Assembly: GCA_963817525.1 (NCBI GenBank)
Contig: CAWFOU010000001.1
Location: 128,001-192,000 of the forward strand
Origin: an uncultured archaeon
GTDB taxonomy: Archaea > Thermoproteota > Nitrososphaeria > Nitrososphaerales > Gagatemarchaeaceae
Length of the DNA: 64,000 nucleotides
Direction of reading: 5' to 3'
Within the stretch, counting starts at the first letter, position 1; each line of letters opens with the position of its first letter. The notes beneath the pieces are model-generated. The model made no database searches. It was not told where the DNA came from and saw only the letters and a program-made list of their open reading frames with translations. Shown here piece by piece: positions 56,201-64,000 of this stretch. Position numbers and translations under genes: made by a program.

Positions 56201-56557
56201 CACGCGAGGGCGAGGGGCCAGGTCCAGATGCTCACCAAGCAGCCCACCGAGGGGAGGGCGCGAGGAGGAGGCCTGAGGTTCGGCGAGATGGAGAGGGACT
56301 GCCTGATCGCCTACGGGGCGTCCATGGTCCTCAAGGACAGGCTCCTCGACGAGGCCGACAAGACCGAGATCAACGTCTGCGAAAAGTGCGGTCTCATCGC
56401 CTACTACGACGCGAAGCAGCGCAAGTACGCGTGCAAGATCGACGGAGACCAGGCGAAGATATCCACGGTCGTGGTGGCCTACGCCTTCAAGCTGCTCCTG
56501 CAGGAGATGATGAGCCTGAACATCGCGCCTCGGCTTAGGCTGAAGGACGCGGTGTAG
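53201..56557 (+). CDS. rpo2: RNA polymerase subunit Rpo2 (B), unsplit
   Basis: Motifs GGYFIINGSERV, ETPEG, GDKFASRHGQKG and GGLRFGEMERD. Confidence 0.99.
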   Translation: MATTTKQLDSWAVLRDILQREGVARQHLNSYNEFIAKGLQSIIDEIAETEIETVSTPYKVKFGRVELGRPRIVEIDGSVSNIFPMEARLRNLSYSSPIYLDMTIEEEGMSREATRQHIGDLPVMVKSDLCQLSKMTKEQLVMSGEDPNDPGGYFIINGSERVIVGLEDLSPNKILVDLEKVGAVSTYKARVYSSVVGYRSKLEATLKQDGSINVKVPSCPIDIPFVIVMRALGFKSDKDIANAVSPKPEIQDLLEVSFDKANEAPTEKDALVYIGNRVAHGMLEEYRIKRALSMLDWGFLPHLGKSDDKRYDKAMFLGEAVCKLLELRLGWTEPDDKDHYGNKVIKFAGQMLADLFRTSFRNLVRDMKYQLERAGQKRGGNVVGAAIRTGIITDKLNNAIATGNWGRGKVGVTQLLDRTNYLSTLSHLRRIQSPLSRSQPNFEARDLHATHFGRVCPSETPEGVNCGLVKNLALSATISVSVPPAEVEERLWELGAKSIRDIPEKLALEGTKIFMDGRFIGYVDDGERLAKAFRKLRREGQIHPSASVMFYEAANKKGYSRLYISLSAGRVIRPLIVVENAKPLLTQEMVGKIAANELTWRDIVERGIIEMLDANEEENCLVAMSPEEATTKHTHLELYPGAMFGIAASIIPYPEHNQSPRNTYESAMAKQSLGFSTPTFPLSTFVRQHLLVNPQSPMVKTKSTELLNIDERPFGTNAVVAVLSFEGYNIEDAIVMNKSSIERGFCRSFFYRLYEAESKQYLGGMRDTFEVPSAESNIRGYRGEKFYRLLEADGVVMHEATVTGGDAVIGRTSPPRFMEEYKEFEIKGPYRRDTSVAVRPTETGVVDSVFMTENVEGGKMYKVRVRDMRTPEIGDKFASRHGQKGVVGLVVPQEDMPYTADGVVPDVIINPHAFPSRMTVGQFIESISGKAASLRGSSADGTAFAGETPEEMSKILAERGFESTGREVLYDGKTGRKFAVDVFIGVVYYQKLHHMVADKIHARARGQVQMLTKQPTEGRARGGGLRFGEMERDCLIAYGASMVLKDRLLDEADKTEINVCEKCGLIAYYDAKQRKYACKIDGDQAKISTVVVAYAFKLLLQEMMSLNIAPRLRLKDAV

Positions 56558-56577
56558 AGAGGTTTTGGTGAAATAAG

Positions 56578-59500
56578 ATGGCCATGCAAGAAGCTCTAAG
56601 GACGATACGCGCGATCGACTTCGCCCTGCTCTCGCCCACCGAGATACGCAAGTACTCGGTCGCTGAGATCACGCAGCCGGAGACCTACGACGAGGACGGC
56701 ATGCCCGTGCAGGGAGGACTCATGGACTCTCGGCTCGGGACGCTGGAGCCCGGACAAAAATGCGGGACCTGCGGGAACACGGCCTCGAGGTGCCCCGGGC
56801 ACTTTGGGCACGTCGAGCTCGCCGAGTCGGTACTCCACATGGCTTTCGTCTCCGACATCAACAAGATGATCCAGGCGACGTGCAGGACCTGCGGCAGGAT
56901 CCTCCTATCCCAGCAGGAGCTGGACGCCTACAGGGTCAGGCTACAGAACATCACAGAGTTCACCCCCACGATGAAGGAGGAGATCGCGAAGGAGATACTC
57001 GCAAAGGCGAAGAAGGTAAAGCTCTGCCCCCACTGCGGCAAGCAGCAGTACCAGATCGAGCTAACAAAGCCCACCATCTTCCACGAGATCACGGAAGAAG
57101 GCGGAGCGACGAGGCTCCTCCCGGGCGCGATCAGGGAGCGCCTCGAGAGGATCACCAACGAGGACATCGAGCTGCTCGGGTACAACCCGCACGTGGCGCG
57201 GCCCGAGTGGTTCGTCCTCCAGGTCCTGCCCGTCCCGCCGCTGACGGTCAGGCCGTCGATCACGCTAGAGTCCGGCATCAGGTCGGAGGATGACCTCACG
57301 CACAAGATAGTAGACATCCTCAGGGTCAACCAGAGGGTCCGCGAGGCGAAGGAGTCGGGCACGCCCCACCTCATCGTCCAGGACCTCGTTGACCTCCTTC
57401 ACTACCACGTCACCACCTACTTCGACAACGAGGTCTCAGGGATCCCGCAGGCCCACCACCGCTCCGGTAGGCCACTCAAGACCCTCAGCCAGAGGCTGAA
57501 GGGCAAGGAGGGCAGGTTTAGGGGCTCGCTCTCGGGCAAGAGGGTCGACTTCTCGAGCAGGACCGTCATCAGCCCCGACCCAAGCCTCGACATCGCCGAG
57601 GTGGGCATCCCGTTCGAGGTCGCGAAGAAGCTCACCATCCCAGAGAAGGTCTCGGGCTGGAACATGGAGTCCCTCAAGAAGCTCGTGGTCACAGGGCCGT
57701 TCGAGCATCCGGGCGCCAACTACGTCATCCGCCCCGACGGCGTCAAGATCAGGCTGGACTTTGCGAGCGACAGGAAGGCTCTCGCCGACTCGCTCGCGGC
57801 CGGCTACGTGGTCGAGCGGCACCTTATGGACGGGGACATCGTCCTCTTCAACAGGCAGCCCTCGCTCCACAGGATGTCGGTGATGGCGCACACCGTCCGC
57901 GTCCTCCCCTACCGCACCTTCAGGCTACACCCGTCCGTCTGCCCGCCCTACAACGCAGACTTTGACGGTGACGAGATGAACCTGCACGTCCCCCAGAGCG
58001 AGGAGTCGAGGTCGGAGGCGCTCATGCTCATGCGCGTCCAGGACCAGATACTATCGCCCAGATACGGCGGGCCCATCATCGGCGCGATCAGGGACTTCCT
58101 CACCGGGGCATACCTGCTCACGCGCGAGGAGACCATGCTCACACCGGACCAGTTCTCCAACCTCGCCCTCCAGGGAGGGTACACGGGAGACCTCCCCGAA
58201 CCGAAGACCAAGGGAGCCAACCCGCTCTACACGGGCAAGCAGCTCTTCTCCCTCTTCCTCCCGAAGGACATGAACCTCGTGCTCACGTCCAAGTGGGGCA
58301 AGGCGAAGACCGGGCAGGGCAACGACGTCGTCATCAAGGACGGCGAACTGATCTCTGGAGTGATCGACAAGGCGGCAATCGGCGCGGAAGAGCCAGACAG
58401 CCTCCTACACCGGGTCCTGAAGGACTATGGGAACGACGAGGCGAGGCGCTTCCTCAACTCGATACTCTCCGTCCTGAAGGAGTACATCACCAGGCGCGGA
58501 TTCAGCTACGGGTACGACGAGCTCAAGCTCTCGGAGGACGCGATGGGCAAGATCGCGGAGACCCTGAAGGAGGCTTACGACAACTGCAACGACCTCATCA
58601 AGAAGTACAAGAACGGCACGCTCCCCCTGACCAGAGGGCTCTCGCCAGAGGGCTCCCTGGAGTTCTACATCGTGAACGAGCTCTCAAAGGCGAGAGACAG
58701 GGCGGGGAGGATAGCGGACAGGTCGTTCTCAACCGAGAACTCGGGCGTCATAATGGCTCGCACGGGCGCGAGGGGCTCGAGCCTCAACCTCGGGCAGATG
58801 ACAGCAGCCCTAGGGCAGCAGTCGGTCAGAGGCAAGAGGATCGAGAAGGGCCTTCGCGGGCGCTCGCTCAGCCACTTCCCCGTAGGAGACCTCGCCCCTG
58901 AGGCGAAGGGCTTTGTGAAGAGGAACTACCGCGACGGGCTCACCCCGACCGAGTTCTTCTTCCACGCGATGGGCGGGAGGGAAGGCCTGGTCGACACCGC
59001 GGTCAGGACCCAGCAGAGCGGGTACATGCAGAGGAGGCTCGTCAACGCCATGGAGCACCTTCGCGTGGAGTACGACCTCACCGTGAGGGACCCAACCGGC
59101 AACGTCATCCAGTTCCTCTATGGGGAGGACGGGATCGACCCCGCAAAGTCCGACCACGGCAGGCCGGTCAACCTGGACAGGGTCATCGGCTCCGCTGAGC
59201 TTACCGACCACGCGCGCGCCAAGTTCGGCGAGAAGGAGGCGACCGCGGTCCTCGCAAAGTACGAGGGCAAGCTCAACAACCGACTCTTCAAGGAGCTCGG
59301 CCAGCGGCTGGCCGATGCGAACCTCACCGACGAGGGTGTGAAGAACGTCATCGACAGGGTGATGGAGTCGATAGACTACGCGACCGTCGAGCCCGGCGAG
59401 GCCTCCGGCATAGTCGCAGCCCAATCGATCGGCGAGCCTGGAACCCAGATGACTCTCAGGACCTTCCACTTTGCGGGAGTGAAGGAGCGCGACGTCACGC

Positions 59501-60360
59501 TCGGGCTCCCGAGGCTCATGGAGCTGGTCGACGCCCGGAAGATCCCCGCCAAGCCGTCGATGGACGTCTACCTCGACGAGGGCTACAAGAACTCCAAGGA
59601 CAAGGCAGTGAAGGTGGCCAACGAGATACTCTTCACGAGGATCGGGAACGTCGTCGAATACAGCGAGGTCGACCCCACAGAGGGGATCAAGCTCCACCTC
59701 AACGAGAACATGCTCGCGGAGAGGGACGTAAAGGCGGAGGACGTGGCGGAGGCGATGGAGACCGGCAAGAGGAACGCCCAGCTCGAGAAGGGAGGGAAGG
59801 TAATCCGGGTAAACGTGGAGAACGCCGACCTCTCGACCCTCTTCACCCTCAGGAACAAGCTGATGAACATGAAGCTGAAGGGCATCCCAGGGATCACCCG
59901 CGTCACGGTCGTCCAGGACAACGACGAGTGGGTCATCCAGACGGCCGGCTCGAACCTGGCGAAGGTCATAGCCGTCCCCGGGGTCGACACCAAGAGGATC
60001 ACGACCAACAACATCCACGAGGTCGCGCAGGTCCTCGGGATAGAGGCCGCGCGCGCCACCCTCATCCGTGAGGTCATGAGCACGCTCGACGAGCAGGGCC
60101 TCGAAGTGGACGTCAGGCACATCTTCCTGGTCGCCGACCTCATGACATCCAAGGGGTACCTCCAACAGATAGGCCGACACGGAATCGCCGGCACCAAGAC
60201 CTCGGTCCTCGCAAGGGCCGCCTTCGAGATCACCGTCCCGACCCTCGCAGAGGCCGCCATCTACGGCGAGACGGAGGAGCTAAAGGGGGTCACCGAGAAC
60301 GTCATCGTAGGCCTGCCTATACCCGTGGGAACGGGCATAGTCGACCTATACATGGGCTAG
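56578..60360 (+). CDS. rpo1: RNA polymerase subunit Rpo1, unsplit (A' and A'' in one ORF)
   Basis: NADFDGD active site and A''-type QSIGEPGTQMTLRTFH and ARAAFE in a single 1260-aa ORF. Confidence 0.99.
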   Translation: MAMQEALRTIRAIDFALLSPTEIRKYSVAEITQPETYDEDGMPVQGGLMDSRLGTLEPGQKCGTCGNTASRCPGHFGHVELAESVLHMAFVSDINKMIQATCRTCGRILLSQQELDAYRVRLQNITEFTPTMKEEIAKEILAKAKKVKLCPHCGKQQYQIELTKPTIFHEITEEGGATRLLPGAIRERLERITNEDIELLGYNPHVARPEWFVLQVLPVPPLTVRPSITLESGIRSEDDLTHKIVDILRVNQRVREAKESGTPHLIVQDLVDLLHYHVTTYFDNEVSGIPQAHHRSGRPLKTLSQRLKGKEGRFRGSLSGKRVDFSSRTVISPDPSLDIAEVGIPFEVAKKLTIPEKVSGWNMESLKKLVVTGPFEHPGANYVIRPDGVKIRLDFASDRKALADSLAAGYVVERHLMDGDIVLFNRQPSLHRMSVMAHTVRVLPYRTFRLHPSVCPPYNADFDGDEMNLHVPQSEESRSEALMLMRVQDQILSPRYGGPIIGAIRDFLTGAYLLTREETMLTPDQFSNLALQGGYTGDLPEPKTKGANPLYTGKQLFSLFLPKDMNLVLTSKWGKAKTGQGNDVVIKDGELISGVIDKAAIGAEEPDSLLHRVLKDYGNDEARRFLNSILSVLKEYITRRGFSYGYDELKLSEDAMGKIAETLKEAYDNCNDLIKKYKNGTLPLTRGLSPEGSLEFYIVNELSKARDRAGRIADRSFSTENSGVIMARTGARGSSLNLGQMTAALGQQSVRGKRIEKGLRGRSLSHFPVGDLAPEAKGFVKRNYRDGLTPTEFFFHAMGGREGLVDTAVRTQQSGYMQRRLVNAMEHLRVEYDLTVRDPTGNVIQFLYGEDGIDPAKSDHGRPVNLDRVIGSAELTDHARAKFGEKEATAVLAKYEGKLNNRLFKELGQRLADANLTDEGVKNVIDRVMESIDYATVEPGEASGIVAAQSIGEPGTQMTLRTFHFAGVKERDVTLGLPRLMELVDARKIPAKPSMDVYLDEGYKNSKDKAVKVANEILFTRIGNVVEYSEVDPTEGIKLHLNENMLAERDVKAEDVAEAMETGKRNAQLEKGGKVIRVNVENADLSTLFTLRNKLMNMKLKGIPGITRVTVVQDNDEWVIQTAGSNLAKVIAVPGVDTKRITTNNIHEVAQVLGIEAARATLIREVMSTLDEQGLEVDVRHIFLVADLMTSKGYLQQIGRHGIAGTKTSVLARAAFEITVPTLAEAAIYGETEELKGVTENVIVGLPIPVGTGIVDLYMG

Positions 60361-60382
60361 AGAACCAGAGTTGCACATAGAC

Positions 60383-60751
60383 ATGGTCACAAAGACAAAA
60401 ACAAACGCCCCGGCGGGGGACCAACAGGTCCTAGCCCGCGTCCTGAAGGAGGCGCTAAAGTCCGGCAAGTACACCATCGGCACCAGAGAGGTCATCTCAG
60501 AGCTGAAGAGCGCGAAGCTCGTGATCGCCGCGAGCACCATCTCCCTTGCCGCCGCCGAGGACGGAGGCCTGGTGAAGGAAGCCGAGAAGAACAAGGTCCC
60601 GGTGGTCAAGATAGACAAGTCGTCCGCCCAGCTGGGCAGGATGATCGGGAGGCCGTTCAGGGTCTCGGCGATTGCGCTGAGGGTCGTGGCTGAGGGAGAC
60701 TTTAGGCAGCTCGTGGGCTCGCCTTCTCAACCGGCCAAGACGGCCGCGTGA
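60383..60751 (+). CDS. rpl30e: 50S ribosomal protein L30e
   Basis: L7Ae-fold motifs GKYTIG.RE and LG...GRPFRVS; position after rpo1. Confidence 0.88.
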   Translation: MVTKTKTNAPAGDQQVLARVLKEALKSGKYTIGTREVISELKSAKLVIAASTISLAAAEDGGLVKEAEKNKVPVVKIDKSSAQLGRMIGRPFRVSAIALRVVAEGDFRQLVGSPSQPAKTAA

Positions 60752-60755
60752 TAGC

Positions 60756-61199
60756 TTGCCCGCGATCAAGCTCACCGCAGAGCAGCTCGGGCTCATATCG
60801 ATCTTCCAGAACATGAGCGGCGCCACCGTCCGGGACTGCATAATCGACGAGAAGGGCGCCCGCCTGATATTCATCGTCAACAAGGGGCAGATGGGACTCG
60901 CCATCGGCAAGAGGGGCGCTACCATCCAGAACATCGAGAGGGTGGTGAAGAAGCCCATCGAGGTGGTCGAGTGGTCGGACGACCCCGCGGAGATGATAAG
61001 GAACGCGCTCGACCCGACCGCCGTCCAGGAGGTCAGGCTCACCGACAAGCTTGACGGCACGAAGAGCATCTCGGTGGTCGTCGACCCGAGGAGGAAGGGC
61101 GCTGTGCTCGGGCGCGGAGGGAAGAACGCCGAGAAGGTCCGCCTCATCGCAAAGAAGTACTTCGACATCTCCAGCGTCCAGATCACCACCCCCTTCTAG
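60756..61199 (+). CDS. nusA: Archaeal NusA (two KH domains)
   Basis: KH loops AIGKRG and GRGGKN; TTG start. Confidence 0.95.
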   Translation: MPAIKLTAEQLGLISIFQNMSGATVRDCIIDEKGARLIFIVNKGQMGLAIGKRGATIQNIERVVKKPIEVVEWSDDPAEMIRNALDPTAVQEVRLTDKLDGTKSISVVVDPRRKGAVLGRGGKNAEKVRLIAKKYFDISSVQITTPF

Positions 61200-61271
61200 A
61201 GCCCCGCCGCGCTCTTCCGCGGCTCAGGAAGGTTGATGTATTCAGAGTCACCCGCGAGCCCAGCGTAGAAC

Positions 61272-62363
61272 ATGGGAAGCACGACTCGCATAGGCGCCGC
61301 GGCCCAGCTCTTCTTGCTCGCGGCCCTCGTCCTCTCCTCAGCCCCCTCGGCCCACGCGCAGGCCCAGGCGGCGGTCGCGACCATCGCGGTGGGAAAGGGG
61401 CCTGCGGGCGTGGCCTATGACTCCGGCAGGGGCGAGGTCTTCGTCACGGACCTTCTCAACAAGAGCGTCTCGGTCATCTCGGACGCGACGAACAAGGTCG
61501 TCGCCACTGTGGGGGTGGGACGCGACCCCGCCGAGGCGGCCTACGACCCAGCGAGGGGACGGGTGTTCGTCACGAACGCCCTGGACAACACCACCTCCAT
61601 CATCTCCGACTCCAACGACTCCGTGGTCGCGACATTGAAAGTGGGTCTCGGGCCGACGGGCCTCGCGTACGACTCTGGCAAGGGGGAGGTCTTCGTCGCC
61701 AACTATCTAGGCGGCACGGTCTCGGTGATCTCGGACGCCTCGGACTCCGTGGTCGCCACCGTGACCGTCGGACACGACCCCTACGCCCCCGCCTACGACG
61801 CTGCGAAGGACGAGGTCTTCGTGACCAACGCCCTAGACAACACCACCTCCGTGATCTCGGACGCGACCGACAAGGTCGTGGCGACCCTGGGGGTCGGAGC
61901 AGGGCCGACCGGGGCAGCATATGACGCGGCCAAGGGCGAGGTCTTCGTGGCAGACTTTCTGGGCGGGGCCGTCTCGGTGATCTCCGACTCCAACGAATCC
62001 GTGGTCGCGACCGTCGACGTCGGGACCCATCCCACCGGCGTTGCCTACGACCCGGCCGACGGCGAGGTCTTCGTGACCAACGCGGGAAACGGCACGCTCT
62101 CGGTGATCTCTGACGCTACTGACGCCGTCGTCGCCACGGTGAACGTAGGAAACGGCCCGTCCGGGTTGGACTACGACTCTGGCAAGGGCGAGGTCTTCGC
62201 GGCCAACAACGGCGACGACACTGTGTCAGTGGTCTCCCCGTCCTTCGCCTCCACCACCTCTTCGACGGTCCCGGAGTTTCCGGGCGCGGCCCTGGCGGGC
62301 GTCGCACTGGTCGTCATGGCCTCGGTCGCGGTCGTCTCGAGGATGCTCAACAAGAAGAGGTGA
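61272..62363 (+). CDS. YVTN/YncE-type 7-bladed beta-propeller surface protein with a PEF-CTERM-like tail
   Basis: Signal peptide; seven 42-aa P.G.AYD....EVFV.N.....SVISD repeats; STVPEFP-TM-KKR tail. Confidence 0.9.
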   Translation: MGSTTRIGAAAQLFLLAALVLSSAPSAHAQAQAAVATIAVGKGPAGVAYDSGRGEVFVTDLLNKSVSVISDATNKVVATVGVGRDPAEAAYDPARGRVFVTNALDNTTSIISDSNDSVVATLKVGLGPTGLAYDSGKGEVFVANYLGGTVSVISDASDSVVATVTVGHDPYAPAYDAAKDEVFVTNALDNTTSVISDATDKVVATLGVGAGPTGAAYDAAKGEVFVADFLGGAVSVISDSNESVVATVDVGTHPTGVAYDPADGEVFVTNAGNGTLSVISDATDAVVATVNVGNGPSGLDYDSGKGEVFAANNGDDTVSVVSPSFASTTSSTVPEFPGAALAGVALVVMASVAVVSRMLNKKR

Positions 62364-62436
62364 CCTGCGCCCTCGTCTGACTATAGTCTAGCCCTCCCAA
62401 TCCTTTTATACGCAACTCCGTGCACGACGCTGAAGA

Positions 62437-62865
62437 ATGCCCAGAGGAGAGTTCGCGGCTCGACAGATCAGCCAGCACAGGCAGAAACTCCGCTGGAGCA
62501 ACAAGTACTACAAGAGGAAGATCCTAGGCCTCGACGTAAAGGCTGACCCGTTCGAAGGCTCCCCACAGGCACGCGGCATCGTGCTGGAAAAGGTGGGTAT
62601 AGAGTCGAAGCAGCCCAACTCGGCAATCAGGAAGTGCGTCCGCGTCCAGATCGTCAAGAACGGCAAGCAGGTCACCGCGTTCCTTCCCGGAGACGGGGCG
62701 CTCAACTTCGTTGACGAGCACGACGAGGTCACCCTCGAGGGGATAGGGGGCTCGATGGGGCGCGCCATGGGCGACATCCCAGGAGTCCGATGGCAGGTGT
62801 CGAAGGTCAACGGCGTGTCGCTCAACGAGATGGTCTACGGAAGGAAGGAAAAGCCCAGGAGATAG
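62437..62865 (+). CDS. rps12: 30S ribosomal protein S12 (uS12)
   Basis: Motifs [10 protein letters not shown] and GDIPGVR. Confidence 0.98.
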   Translation: MPRGEFAARQISQHRQKLRWSNKYYKRKILGLDVKADPFEGSPQARGIVLEKVGIESKQPNSAIRKCVRVQIVKNGKQVTAFLPGDGALNFVDEHDEVTLEGIGGSMGRAMGDIPGVRWQVSKVNGVSLNEMVYGRKEKPRR

Positions 62866-62871
62866 ACCGGC

Positions 62872-63480
62872 ATGAGCACCAAGCTAGAATACCCGAACCT
62901 CCTGCTCTGGAACAAGTGGGACATGACCCACGTCAAGGTCGTGGACCAGGGCCTCGCCAACGTCATCGACCTCAGGCCCATGCTCCTCCCCCACTCCGGA
63001 GGCAGGCACGAGCACCAGAAGTTCTCGAAGACGAAGGTAAACGTCGTCGAGCGGCTCGCCAACCAGCTGATGCACTTCGGCAAGAAGCACGCCAAGAACA
63101 CGGGGAGAATGGGAGGCAAGAAGCAAAAGGCGATGAGCATCGTCCGGACGGCTTTCGAGATAATAGAGATCAAGACGGGACAGAACCCGGTCCAACTGCT
63201 CGTCAAGGCGATCGAGAACTCTTCCCCGAACGAGGACACCACGAGGATGAGCTACGGAGGCGTCGTCTACCACATCTCGGTGGACATCTCGCCGACGCGG
63301 CGGATGGACCTCGCCCTGAGGTCGATATCCGAGGGTGTGAGGGAGGCGACCTTCAAGACCAACCGCTCCGTCGAGGAGGTCCTTGCGGACGAGATCATCG
63401 CGGCCGCGAGCGGCGACTCGAACAGCTTCGCAGTGAAGCGCAAGAACGAGCAAGAAAGAATCGCGATGGCGTCCAGGTAA
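62872..63480 (+). CDS. rps7: 30S ribosomal protein S7 (uS7)
   Basis: Motifs PHSGGRH, NPVQ...AIEN..P.ED, VDISP.RR and ERIA.ASR. Confidence 0.98.
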   Translation: MSTKLEYPNLLLWNKWDMTHVKVVDQGLANVIDLRPMLLPHSGGRHEHQKFSKTKVNVVERLANQLMHFGKKHAKNTGRMGGKKQKAMSIVRTAFEIIEIKTGQNPVQLLVKAIENSSPNEDTTRMSYGGVVYHISVDISPTRRMDLALRSISEGVREATFKTNRSVEEVLADEIIAAASGDSNSFAVKRKNEQERIAMASR

Positions 63481-63508
63481 GCCTAGGGCATCTTCTCGCT
63501 GCTTTTCT

Positions 63509-64000
63509 CTAGGACTCTTCGACGTCCCGCTTCATGGCCATCCCCCTGAGCTCCCGCTCCAGCTCCGGCGGCTCTGCCGTCGCTGACGCGGGGGACGCGA
63601 GGAACGAGCGGAACAGCTTCAGTATCTCGTCCCTCCTCGACCAGAGCAGCCTGTGGGCGATGGTAAAGTCGTGCTTCGGGTCCTTCGCGACCGGAGGCAG
63701 CACCTCGAGCCTCGACGTCCGTATCGCGTCCCTGAGCAGGTACCCTGCCTTGAGCTGGGTGACTAGGTCGTCCTCCGCCCAGACCACGAGGCTCGGCCTC
63801 CTGACCTTGGAGAGCTTGGGCAGCTGCGCCTTGTCATAGGTGCTGGCCACGAGGATCAGACTGTCAACAATCTCAGGCCAGTCGATGGCGACCTCGAGCG
63901 CCACCTGCCCTCCCCACGAGTAGCCGGCCAGCGCGGCCTTTTGCACCTTCATGACCTCGAGGAGCTCGTGCACCACCCTGGCCTGCGCCCTATAGTCCGG
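63509..64000 (-). CDS. Alpha/beta hydrolase (5' truncated by window edge)
   Basis: GYSWGG nucleophile elbow, W..DD and AH motifs; frame open to the window end. Confidence 0.8.
   Translation of the reverse strand, partial: PDYRAQARVVHELLEVMKVQKAALAGYSWGGQVALEVAIDWPEIVDSLILVASTYDKAQLPKLSKVRRPSLVVWAEDDLVTQLKAGYLLRDAIRTSRLEVLPPVAKDPKHDFTIAHRLLWSRRDEILKLFRSFLASPASATAEPPELERELRGMAMKRDVEES

Noticed and set aside
61380-62240. 126-bp periodic DNA repeats as a non-coding repeat array
   Set aside because: Fully explained by the 42-aa YVTN propeller blades

Overview
High-GC archaeal chromosome segment, almost certainly Nitrososphaerota (Thaumarchaeota): Rpo1 is unsplit and the archaeosortase is the Ser type. 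A non-ammonia-oxidiser lineage is inferred from GC content and gene content only. Layout: (1) a 15.7-kb aromatic amino-acid supercluster, with trpDCFBA converging on an 11-gene operon lysC-asd-aroA'-aroB'-aroD-aroE-aroK-aroA-aroC-[chorismate mutase/aminotransferase fusion]-tyrA; (2) a cell-envelope region with GT2 enzymes, an archaeosortase, two GT-C paralogues, methyltransferases and a nucleotidyltransferase-like protein, interrupted by pyrBI; (3) accessory genes, including PEFP-tailed surface proteins; (4) tRNA-Leu(TAG) followed by a tandem array of small repeat-bounded gene cassettes; (5) a spherulin-4 protein, CBS/CGL, a stand-alone RAM domain and kdpABC; (6) aconitase A carrying a 522-aa LAGLIDADG intein inside its Fe-S cysteine motif; (7) the rpo5-rpo2-rpo1-rpl30e-nusA-rps12-rps7 cluster with a surface-protein gene inserted. 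The most notable signals are: an unannotated 24-codon Tyr/Phe-rich leader peptide with mutually exclusive hairpins in front of the aromatic operon (candidate archaeal ribosome-mediated attenuator); the integrase-less tRNA-anchored cassette array; the aconitase intein forming a natural C(-3)xxC1 potential redox trap; and repeated apparent use of CTG/ATC/ACG start codons. All family calls come from motif recognition, not database searches.
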